64,000 nucleotides of DNA from Planctomycetota bacterium (GTDB lineage: Bacteria > Planctomycetota > PLA2 > JAEUHO01): assembly GCA_965223505.1 (NCBI GenBank), contig CBDCWP010000008.1, positions 96,001 through 160,000 on the forward strand. The letters are read 5' to 3'. Below are positions 9,188 through 19,360 of the stretch, piece by piece (within the stretch, counting starts at the first letter, position 1; each line of letters opens with the position of its first letter). Under the pieces are notes generated by a model, which saw only the letters and a program-made list of their open reading frames with translations, had not been told where the DNA came from and searched no databases. Both the position numbers and the translations under genes were made by a program.

Positions 9188-10156
9188 CTACCCCAGAAAC
9201 TCCCGCGCGGCGGTGGTGAGCATCGGCAGGACGTCGTGGACGTCGCCCACGATGCCGTAGTCGGCGATCTTGAAGATCGGCGCTTCCGCATCTTTGTTGA
9301 CGGCCACGATGACCTTGCTGCTGCTCATGCCCGCCAGGTGTTGGATCGCGCCGCTGATGCCGCACGCGAAGTAGATCTTCGGCGTGACGGTCTTCCCGGT
9401 CTGTCCGACCTGCTCGGCGTGCGGACGCCAACCGGCATCGCACACGGCGCGTGAGGCGCCGTTCGCCGCGCCCAACGCGGCGGCCAGGTCCAGAATGATG
9501 TTCCAGTTCTCGGGGCCGCCGACGCCGCGCCCGCCCGACACGATGATGTCCGCTTCCGTGAGCTCGATCTTCCGTTCGTCGGCGGCAACGACCTCCTTCA
9601 AGCGAATGCGCGGCGTGGGTTCGGTGAACGCGAGCTCCTTGACCTCGGCGTCCCGCGGGTTCTCCGCGGGCGGCAACGCGTTGGGTCGCAACGAGACGAT
9701 CGCGGGCGTCGGCAGCGACACCTGTGCGAACGCCTTCCCGGCGTACTTGGGCTTCGTGACATTCACCGCGTCGCCGTCGACGGCGACGGCGGTGACGTCG
9801 GCGGCGAGGCCGAGGTCGAGCTTGCCGGCGACGTACGCGCCGAGCTCCTTGCCGACGAGCGAAGCCGGCAGCAGCACGACGGCCGGCTTGTGCCCTTCGA
9901 TCGCGGCGCAGAGCGCGGCCGCGGACGTCTCGAGCAGGTACCGCGAGGCGTCGGCTGCCTTCGCGACGCCGACGGTGTCGACGCCGAAGCGGCCCAGTGT
10001 CGCGGCGGCGTTCTCGACGTCGCCCGGCACGACGGCGATCAAGGAGCCGCCGGTTGCGTCCGCGAGCGCGCGGCCGGCGGTGGCGACCTCGGCCGCCGAC
10101 TTCTTGAGCAGCGTGCCGCCGTCGCTCGGCTCGACGTAGATCAGGATGTCGCTCAT
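9188..10156 (-). CDS. etfA: Electron transfer flavoprotein alpha subunit
   Basis: [28 protein letters not shown] and [12 protein letters not shown] motifs. Confidence 0.97.
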   Translation of the reverse strand: MSDILIYVEPSDGGTLLKKSAAEVATAGRALADATGGSLIAVVPGDVENAAATLGRFGVDTVGVAKAADASRYLLETSAAALCAAIEGHKPAVVLLPASLVGKELGAYVAGKLDLGLAADVTAVAVDGDAVNVTKPKYAGKAFAQVSLPTPAIVSLRPNALPPAENPRDAEVKELAFTEPTPRIRLKEVVAADERKIELTEADIIVSGGRGVGGPENWNIILDLAAALGAANGASRAVCDAGWRPHAEQVGQTGKTVTPKIYFACGISGAIQHLAGMSSSKVIVAVNKDAEAPIFKIADYGIVGDVHDVLPMLTTAAREFLG

Positions 10157-10899
10157 CACAGCACCTTCTTGTCGTTGCGAAGCGCTTCGAGCAGCGCGGT
10201 CATGCCTTCCGGTGTGGGTTCGATGGAGACCATCTCGCCGCGTTCGGGCGGCAGCTCCAGCGCCGTCACGGTCGACACGCCGGCGGGCGCCTCCGCTTCG
10301 ACCGTTTCGAGCGGCTTCTTCTTGGCCGCCATGATTCCCTTCAGGCTCGGGTAGCGCGCTTCGGCGAGTCCCTTCTGGGCGGTGAACACGGCCGGCAGGT
10401 CGACGTCGTAGACCTCGGTCTCGCCTTCGTTCTCGCGGCGGGCGGTGGCCTTGCCGTCGGCGGCTTCGAGGCCGCTGACGAACGCGACGCACGGCAGGTC
10501 GAGCAGCGCGGCGAGGCGCGGGCCGACGGCGGCGTCGTCCTCGTCGGTGGCCTGCTTGCCGGTGAGGATCATGTCGAACTCGCGTCCGCGGATGGCGTTC
10601 GCGAGCGCGGTTGCCGTGGCGGAGGAGTCGAGCGGGTCTTCGACGACGACGTGAACGGCGTCGTCGGCGCCCATGGCGAGGGCGGTGCGCAGCTCCTTGG
10701 TGGCGGCGGCCGGACCGACGGTGAGCGCGGTGACGTTGCCTTCGTCGGTCTTGAGCTGGATGGCCTTCTCGAGGGCCATCTCGTCGTAGGGCGCCATGAT
10801 GAACTGCACACCGGCGGGATCGAGGCTCTTGCCGTCGGCGCCGATCTTCACGCGGGTATCGGTGGCGACGACGCGTTTGATGCAAACGATGATGCGCAT
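10156..10899 (-). CDS. etfB: Electron transfer flavoprotein beta subunit
   Basis: MRIIVCIKRV, ALAMGAD, GKQATD and RYPSLKGIMAAKKK motifs; TGATG coupling to etfA. Confidence 0.97.
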   Translation of the reverse strand: MRIIVCIKRVVATDTRVKIGADGKSLDPAGVQFIMAPYDEMALEKAIQLKTDEGNVTALTVGPAAATKELRTALAMGADDAVHVVVEDPLDSSATATALANAIRGREFDMILTGKQATDEDDAAVGPRLAALLDLPCVAFVSGLEAADGKATARRENEGETEVYDVDLPAVFTAQKGLAEARYPSLKGIMAAKKKPLETVEAEAPAGVSTVTALELPPERGEMVSIEPTPEGMTALLEALRNDKKVL

Positions 10900-11016
10900 G
10901 ATTCGGATTGCTCCCTCGGACCGGGACGCGGAGTGTACGTTCCGTCCCGTGCTGGTCGGAGCCAATGGCGGGGCGTCTACGCCCCTCGGACCCGCCCCCC
11001 GATTCCGAACCCGGTT

Positions 11017-11194
11017 GGGCAGCCACAAGGGCTGCCCCTACAGGTGCGCGTGAGACGTTTGGGACCGAGCGCCGGGATCGGGAGGGGGAGCGGGAGCGGG
11101 ATTGGATGTAGGGGCGACCCTCGTGGTCGCCCAAGCGTCCGTCGATCAGGCGCCGAGGCATGACCGGTTGGGCAGCCACAAGGGCTGCCCCTAC
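11017..11194. repeat. REP cluster 2 (three GTAG REPs, REPIN-like pair at 11108-11194)
   Basis: REPs at 11017-11041, 11108-11132 and 11170-11194 are identical to those of cluster 1. The 87-bp unit differs from 967-1053 at 7 spacer positions. Confidence 0.9.
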
Positions 11195-11195
11195 G

Positions 11196-11969
11196 CTACG
11201 CCGGCCGCATCTCGGCGTCCTTGTCCTCGTCCGCATCCAGCTCGGGCATGTAGAACCCCTCCCCGAGATAGGTGCGGCGCACGACCTCGTCGTCGATCAG
11301 CGCCGCGGGCGTGCCGTGCCGCAGGATGCGGCCTTCCGCGATGATGTACGACCGATCGGTGATCGCCAGCGTCTCGCGCACGTTGTGATCCGTCAGGAGA
11401 ATGGCAATGCCCTTCTCCTTCTTGAGCCGGCGCAGGATGCCCTGGATCTCCTGCACGGTGATCGGATCGACGCCCGCGAACGGCTCGTCCAGCAGCAGCA
11501 GCGCCGGATCGTGAATCAGCGCGCGGGCGAGCTCGAGACGACGGCGCTCACCGCCGGAGAGCACCTCGGCCTTGCTCTTGCGAACCGCTTCGAGATCCAG
11601 CTCCCGGATCAGCGAGTCCATCTTCGCCTTGCGCTCCGCGCGACGCATCCGAACGGTCTCGAGCACGGCGAGCAAGTTGTCTTCGACGTTCATGCGCCGG
11701 AAGATGCTCGGCTCCTGGGGCAGGTAGGCGATGCCGCGCCGCGCGCGCTTGTAGATCGGCAGCTTCGACAGGTCCTTGTCGTTGAGGAAGACCTGCCCGT
11801 CGTCGGGCCGGACCATGCCGACGACCATGCGGAACGACGTGGTCTTGCCGGCGCCGTTCGGTCCCAGCAGCCCGACGACCTCTTGCGGATCGACCTGGAA
11901 CGACACGCCGTCGACGACGCGGCGTTGTCGGTAGCTCTTGACCAGCTTGCGGGCTTCGAGGAGGGCCAT
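11196..11969 (-). CDS. lptB: LPS export ABC transporter ATP-binding protein
   Basis: GLLGPNGAGKTT, YLPQEPSIFR, LSGGERRRLE, DEPFAGVDP, TDHNVRETL and YLGE motifs. Confidence 0.95.
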   Translation of the reverse strand: MALLEARKLVKSYRQRRVVDGVSFQVDPQEVVGLLGPNGAGKTTSFRMVVGMVRPDDGQVFLNDKDLSKLPIYKRARRGIAYLPQEPSIFRRMNVEDNLLAVLETVRMRRAERKAKMDSLIRELDLEAVRKSKAEVLSGGERRRLELARALIHDPALLLLDEPFAGVDPITVQEIQGILRRLKKEKGIAILLTDHNVRETLAITDRSYIIAEGRILRHGTPAALIDDEVVRRTYLGEGFYMPELDADEDKDAEMRPA

Positions 11970-11995
11970 CGTTGGAGACGAATGATAGGGGCGAT

Positions 11996-13482
11996 CTAGT
12001 GAATGAAGCGGAGTCGTCCGGGCGGGTCCGGCGTCAACGGCCAGAAGATCAGGAACGCCCTGCCGATGATCAGGTCCCGCCACACGAACGGCATCGGCCG
12101 CGTCGTCGTGCCCTTCGTGCGGTCCACGTCACTGCGCCGCCAGACCCGGGTCACGCCTTCCCAGTCCACCACGGTTCGCATGCCGCTCTTGCCCGGCACC
12201 GCGCGCGGCGACTCGTCGTAGTGGATTTTCGTGCCGTCCTTCAGATGCAGCGTCTTGATCGACCACTTCCGGCTGTCGCTGCTGTGCTTCGTGTTGTCGC
12301 CCAGCACGAAGTAATTCTCGTCCGGGATCTCGATGCCTTCGCGCTCCCACCGGCGGTTGCTCGCGAAATCGTTCTCGTAGAACAGGTCGCGGTCGATGAC
12401 CAGATTGCGCACCGACACGGGATGGTTGCGCGCCGTGACCGTGAGGTAGTTGGTGTTGTTCTGCGGCGCGTCGTCGTCGATCGTGCGCCCGTCCGGCAGC
12501 ACCGCGACCTCGTCGCCGTCGATGCGCACGCGCAGGTCCCCGTCCACGAACTCCATCGTGAGGTCGAACGCCTTGCCCGGACGCAACGTGACGTCGAGCG
12601 ACCTCTCGACGACGCGCGACGCGCCCCGCTGCACGTAGGCGACGGACGACTTCGCGCCCAGCTCGACGACCGCCTGCCACACGCCGTCCGGCTTCCAGGC
12701 GAACGTCAGCCCCGCCATCGGCTCCGGAACCTCGGAGCGGGCGGCGGGCACGATGTGCGCGCGCACACGGATGTCGCGCACCATGTTGGCGAAGTGACCG
12801 CCCTTCCAGCTCTCCGGCGTCGAGCTGTCGAAGATGCCGTTGACGTTCGTCAAGCTCGCGGCTTCCCCGCCGACGAAGTAGAACTCGTCCGTCGCCTCGA
12901 GCACCCATGACGACATGCCGAGATCGCCCCGCCATGCGTCGGACGGATCGGCCTCCGGCGCGTACGGCGGGTACACGCGGAAGTAGAGCTGCTCGCGTAC
13001 GCGCTCGTTCTTGCGCGCGATCGCGAAGTGCTCCTGTCCCCGCTTCCGGATCCAGATGTCGCCCTGATGAATGCGCAGATGCTCGCCGGGCAAGCCCACG
13101 ATGCGCTTGATGAAGTTGCGCGCGCGCTGCAGGGGGTAATGGAAGACGGGAATCTCCCATCGATCCGGTTCCGCGAAGAGGTACGCGACCTTGTTCACCA
13201 GGATGCGATCGCCGACACCCTCGGCGCTGCTGCCTTTGCCGAGCAGCGTGGGCCGCATCGACCCCGTCGGGATCTTGAACGCCTCGACGCAGAAGTGCTT
13301 GATGATCAGCGCCATCACGATCGCGACGGCGAACGCCTCGATGTTGTCCTTGATGAACGCCAGCGCCCCTTGCGTCGTCGGCATCGGCTGCGGCTCGTCC
13401 GGCTCGACGCTCAACTGCACCGGCCCCTCTTCCTGCTCAGGCTCGGCAGCGTCGCCGCCGCGTTCCTCGGGCGCGGGGAAGA

Positions 13483-13486
<4 letters not shown>
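11996..13486 (-). CDS. lepB: Signal peptidase I with a large internal insertion
   Basis: AFKIPTGSM (catalytic Ser), GDRILVNK, FIKRIVGLPG (catalytic Lys) and GDN...SSDSR motifs; GTGA overlap with lepA. Confidence 0.93.
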
Positions 13487-15312
<1,826 letters not shown>

Positions 15313-15323
15313 CGGGCGGGATT

Positions 15324-15346
15324 GTAGGGGCGATCTCGCGGTCCCC
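15324..15346 (+). repeat. Degenerate GTAG REP between rdgB and lepA
   Basis: GTAGGGGCGATCTCGCGGTCCCC; its reverse end forms TACAAT 8 nt before the lepA ATG. Confidence 0.6.
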
Positions 15347-15352
15347 TTGGGA

Positions 15353-15937
15353 CTACCGGAGGCGCTCCACGAGCGCGCGCAGCGCATTGCCGCGGTGGCT
15401 CAAGGCGTTCTTGGCGTCGGCGCCGAGCTCGGAGAGGCGCACGCCGCTCGGCGGATGGAAGAACAGCGGGTCGTAGCCGAATCCACCGTCCCCCTTGGCC
15501 GGCCAGCGAATGACACCCTCGACCGTTCCCTCGGCTTCGGCGAGCACCGACCCGTCCGGCGCGGCGACGATCACGTAGCACACGAAACGTGCCGCCGGGT
15601 CCGTGACGCCCAGCGCTTCGAGCCGTTCGATCAACAGGGCGTTGTTCGCCGCGTCGTCGCCGTCCTCACCCGCGTACCGCGCCGAGCGCACGCCCGGCTC
15701 GCCGTCGAGCGCGTCGACGACGAGTCCCGAGTCGTCCGCCAGCGCCGGCGCGTTCAGGTGGGCCGCGATGGCCGCGGCCTTCAGCAACGCGTTGGCGCGA
15801 AACGTCGAACCGGTCTCTTCCACGTGCGGAAGGTCCTCGGCCACCCGCACCTCGACGTCGAGCGGCGCGAGGATCTGGCGGATCTCGCGGACCTTGTGCG
15901 GGTTGTTCGTAGCGAGGTAGAGCGGACGGAGCGACAT
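15353..15937 (-). CDS. rdgB: Non-canonical purine NTP pyrophosphatase (XTP/dITP)
   Basis: ATNNPHK, ADDSGL, PGVRSAR, GFGYDPLF and SHRG motifs; follows rph. Confidence 0.97.
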   Translation of the reverse strand: MSLRPLYLATNNPHKVREIRQILAPLDVEVRVAEDLPHVEETGSTFRANALLKAAAIAAHLNAPALADDSGLVVDALDGEPGVRSARYAGEDGDDAANNALLIERLEALGVTDPAARFVCYVIVAAPDGSVLAEAEGTVEGVIRWPAKGDGGFGYDPLFFHPPSGVRLSELGADAKNALSHRGNALRALVERLR

Positions 15938-15940
15938 CGG

Positions 15941-16669
15941 CTACGCGAGCGGCGCCGCCATCGCGGCCTTCGAAATGTCGAGCGTCTGCTGAATGCCCGA
16001 GCGCGCGAGGTCGAGCAGCTTCGTCAGCTCGTCGGCATCGAACGGGCGGCTCTCCCCCGTGCCCTGAATCTCGAGGAACCGTCCGGATGCGGTCATCACG
16101 ACGTTCATGTCCACGTCGGCGCCGCTGTCCTCGACGTAGTCGAGATCGGCGAGCGGAACGCCCTTGACGATGCCGACGGAGATCGCGCCCACCGGGTCGA
16201 TGATCGGCCACTTGTCGAGCGGCTTCTTGAACATGTAGGTCCGCAACGCGTCGCACAGCGCGACGTAGGCGGCGTTGATGCTCGCGGTGCGCGTTCCGCC
16301 GTCGGCCTGCAGCACGTCGCAGTCGAGCCAGACCGTGCGCTCGCCGAGCGCCCGCATGTCCGTGACGCCGCGCAGGACGCGCCCGATCAGGCGCTGGATC
16401 TCCTGCGTGCGACCGTCGATCCGCCCCGTCGAGCGGGATCGCGGCTTGCGGTCGCCCGTCGAGCCGGGCAGCATCGCGTACTCGGCCGTGACCCAACCCT
16501 TGCCGCGCCCCATCATCCACTTGGGGACCCGTTCCTCGATCGATGCGGTACAGAAGACGTGGGTGTCCCCGCAGCGATAGAGCACGGATCCCGGGGCGGA
16601 GCGGGTGAAGCGGCGCGTGATCTCGACCGGGCGGATCTGCCCGGGCTCGCGCCCGTCGTGGCGGCTCAT
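15941..16669 (-). CDS. rph: Ribonuclease PH
   Basis: GWVTAEYAMLP, EIQRLIGR, DCDVLQADGGTRTASI and DLDYVEDS motifs. Confidence 0.98.
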   Translation of the reverse strand: MSRHDGREPGQIRPVEITRRFTRSAPGSVLYRCGDTHVFCTASIEERVPKWMMGRGKGWVTAEYAMLPGSTGDRKPRSRSTGRIDGRTQEIQRLIGRVLRGVTDMRALGERTVWLDCDVLQADGGTRTASINAAYVALCDALRTYMFKKPLDKWPIIDPVGAISVGIVKGVPLADLDYVEDSGADVDMNVVMTASGRFLEIQGTGESRPFDADELTKLLDLARSGIQQTLDISKAAMAAPLA

Positions 16670-16807
16670 CGAGGAACTCCAGGGGGGGCCGGAATCCTAC
16701 CTCCGGCCCGGCCGCGAGCGGGGTCAAGTCGGACCCCCCGAAACGCCGATAGCGACACCGGGCGAAGGAAGTGAGGCCGTAGGGACACTGCAGGCCAACC
16801 CCCCCCT

Positions 16808-17107
16808 ATGGTCAAATCCGCCGTTCCGTCTCCCCGCGTCACCGTGCACAGCGGAAGCCGCCGCCTCGAAGCGCTGCCCGTGCTGCTACGGGGGGACGAA
16901 GCCTCCCTCGTCATGAAGACGGTGCCGCCCACGCAGGAGCTCGACCTCGTCCTCAGCTGGCCGGACGGACGCACCACACATCTCGACACGCGCTTGCGCG
17001 CCGTCGACGGCGGCGGACGGATCGCGCATCTCGCCGTCGTCGGCGTACGCGACGCGTGGGAGCCCTTCCTCGAGTACCTCGGCCGCGCGTCGGCAGAGGG
17101 GCGATAG
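16808..17107 (+). CDS. Small hypothetical protein, possibly degenerate PilZ-like beta-barrel
   Basis: 99 aa, beta-strand pattern ending in an amphipathic helix (WEPFLEYL); codon usage fits the + frame. Confidence 0.55.
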   Translation: MVKSAVPSPRVTVHSGSRRLEALPVLLRGDEASLVMKTVPPTQELDLVLSWPDGRTTHLDTRLRAVDGGGRIAHLAVVGVRDAWEPFLEYLGRASAEGR

Positions 17108-17234
17108 CGCCCCGCCGCCCGCCTCGAGGCGTCCGACATCGAAAAGTGAGGGGACCGCGATCGGTGGCGGGCCCGCGTCGCTACCTCCTGTGGACCCCAG
17201 AGGTTCGTTCTCAGCACGGAGGAGATTCCCCATC

Positions 17235-17642
17235 ATGCGAACCAGCCAAGTTCGTCGCCTATTGCTCGTGTTTTCACTGTTGGCGTTCGTTTGCGCGCCC
17301 TGTCTGTCCACCCACGCCCCGGTTGCGTCGGCCGACCCGACCTGGGTGCCGATCTTCGACGACATGATCGTCGCGAGCATCCGGCCCGGGAACGGCGCCG
17401 AGATTCGAATCGTCGAGGCCTCGAAGGGCCCGGATCTCGAGAATGCCGTCGGCGGGAAGGCGAGCTACGACCGCCTCGATGCCGTCCTCTCCGACCTGGC
17501 CGGCGTGACGGCGGTCCGCACGGACGGCTGCTACGTCGCCGGATCTGCCGGCCTGTCGATGCTGGCGGCCGCCGGACTCACGAATGACACGGACCTCCCG
17601 TCCGACGTCGCCGGGCTGAGCCACGCTCGCCGCTCGGACTGA
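17235..17642 (+). CDS. Small secreted hypothetical protein
   Basis: GGAGGAG RBS upstream; signal peptide MRTSQVRRLLLVFSLLAFVCA...ASA-D. Confidence 0.6.
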   Translation: MRTSQVRRLLLVFSLLAFVCAPCLSTHAPVASADPTWVPIFDDMIVASIRPGNGAEIRIVEASKGPDLENAVGGKASYDRLDAVLSDLAGVTAVRTDGCYVAGSAGLSMLAAAGLTNDTDLPSDVAGLSHARRSD

Positions 17643-17655
17643 GCGTCACCGAGGC

Positions 17656-17680
17656 GAGGCGAGGGGGCGCCCCTCGCCTC
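17656..17680. terminator. GC hairpin between convergent genes (possible bidirectional terminator)
   Basis: GAGGCGAGGGG-GCG-CCCCTCGCCTC, a perfect 11-bp stem with no U-tract. Confidence 0.5.
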
Positions 17681-17687
17681 CAGCCCA

Positions 17688-18206
17688 CTAGCCGCGCCAC
17701 CACGACAGATTCACGTCCCGCCGAATCGTCTCGGCGAGGATGCCGAGGTCCGCTCGGCTCTCGCGAATGTCCTGCAGGTTGATCTCGTGCACCGGTTTCC
17801 AGAACCGGGGGCGCAGGATGAAGAGGAGGCCGCGCTGCAGCGCGGTCTCCACGACCCACCTGCGTTGGGTGTCGCGATTGGCCATCTCCAGCGAGGTGAG
17901 CAGCCGCTCCAGGTCCTCCAGCCCTCCCGCCTCCAGGCGGAGGAAGACGAAGGGGAACTCCTTCGTGCTCTCCCGACCGGCGGACGCGGACGCGACCCGG
18001 AACGTCGGCACGAGCTCGAGCGCCCGCACCAGGGGGTAGACGAGGACGTTGAACCCGCGCTCGCGGGCCTCCTCGATCTCCTCCATGTGTTCCACCGCCG
18101 CCGGGTCGCCGTGCAGGTGGCCGCACAGACCGCACTGCTCGAATTCGATGCCGCTCACGAGCGTCGGCTCGAGCCGGCGGCTCCCGCACTCCTCACAAAC
18201 CGCCAT
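17688..18206 (-). CDS. Zn-ribbon protein with an alpha/beta C-terminal domain
   Basis: MAVCEECG...CGLCG gives two CxxC pairs; it starts 2 nt after the dapF stop. Confidence 0.75.
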   Translation of the reverse strand: MAVCEECGSRRLEPTLVSGIEFEQCGLCGHLHGDPAAVEHMEEIEEARERGFNVLVYPLVRALELVPTFRVASASAGRESTKEFPFVFLRLEAGGLEDLERLLTSLEMANRDTQRRWVVETALQRGLLFILRPRFWKPVHEINLQDIRESRADLGILAETIRRDVNLSWWRG

Positions 18207-18208
18207 TT

Positions 18209-19060
18209 TCAAGCTTCTCCCGGCCACCGGCCTTCGAACACGTCGACGGTCGGCCCGCGCAGATACACCTGCCCGTCGTCGGCCCATCGCACCTGCAGCG
18301 TGCCGCCGTTCAGCTCCACGGCGACCTCGCGGTCCGTGCGCCCGGTCAGCGCGCCCGCGACCACGGCGGCGCAGGCGCCGGTGCCGCACGCCTCGGTCTC
18401 GCCGCAGCCGCGCTCCCATGTCCGCTGGCGAATCCGGTTCCGCCCCAGCACCTGGACGAACTCGACGTTTACCCGCTCAGGAAAGGCGGCATGGGTCTCC
18501 AGCGCCGGGCCGAGCGTCGTCACCGGGGCCGACGCGACGGCGTCGACGAAGGTGACGGCGTGCGGGTTGCCCATCGAGACCGCCGTGATCCGCAGCGTCT
18601 CGCCGTCCAGGGCGAGCGCCTCCTCGACCGCGCGTCCCTCGCCCTGCATCGGCAGCGAGCTGCGCTCCAGGCCCGGCGCGCCCATGTCGATCGTGACGTC
18701 GCGCGTTCCGTCCGGCGCCGTGGCGTGCATCTCGACGCCCAGGACGCCGGCGCCCGTCTCGGCCGTGAAATGCGTCCGATCGCCGATCCAGCCCCGCTCG
18801 TGGACGAATCGGGCCGCGCAGCGCAGGCCGTTCCCGCACATCTCGGCCTCCGAGCCGTCGACGTTGAACATCCGCATCCGGAAGTCCGCGTCGTCACTCG
18901 GCATGACGAGGATGAGGCCGTCGGCGCCGACGCCGCGGCGGCGGTCCGTCGTTCGCCGCGCCAGGCCGGTCGGGTCGGCGACCAGGTGCGTCTTGGCGTC
19001 GACGACGACGTAGTCGTTGCCGCAGCCGTGCATCTTGGTGAAGGGCAGGGACTCGCTCAC
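18209..19060 (-). CDS. dapF: Diaminopimelate epimerase
   Basis: FTKMHGCGNDY, GADG, EMCGNGLRC, SMGNPH and ERGCGETEACGTGA motifs. Confidence 0.98.
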   Translation of the reverse strand: MSESLPFTKMHGCGNDYVVVDAKTHLVADPTGLARRTTDRRRGVGADGLILVMPSDDADFRMRMFNVDGSEAEMCGNGLRCAARFVHERGWIGDRTHFTAETGAGVLGVEMHATAPDGTRDVTIDMGAPGLERSSLPMQGEGRAVEEALALDGETLRITAVSMGNPHAVTFVDAVASAPVTTLGPALETHAAFPERVNVEFVQVLGRNRIRQRTWERGCGETEACGTGACAAVVAGALTGRTDREVAVELNGGTLQVRWADDGQVYLRGPTVDVFEGRWPGEA

Positions 19061-19360
19061 CGGACGTCGGCGCTCCGCTCGCCCGCGCCTGTCGCGTGCG
19101 AGTTCCACAGGGTAGGGGCGTTCCCGCCACCGGCGAAGTGTCGCATAACGGGACGGATGCCCGGGCTGACGCTCCCAGGCCCGCCGAATGGGGCGTCGAA
19201 GGGCCCGTGACGCCGAAAAACCGGGCGCGTCGGTGGAGCCGCCGCGGTTAGCTTGTATCCCGCGGGTTTTGGCTGGCCCGCGCATGAGTACCAGGAATTT
19301 CCAGCACGTGAGCGTGGTCGTTGCGCCCAGGGGGGGCGTGTGCAGTCCCGTTTCGCGTGC

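Noticed and set aside
9188..11236. Apparent N-terminal extensions or fusions in the ORF track (etfA 682 aa, comEA 728 aa, 35840..38989, 39124..41085, 24331..26631)
   Set aside because: The upstream parts are off-frame read-through of neighbouring genes. The true starts are internal and marked by overlaps or signal peptides.
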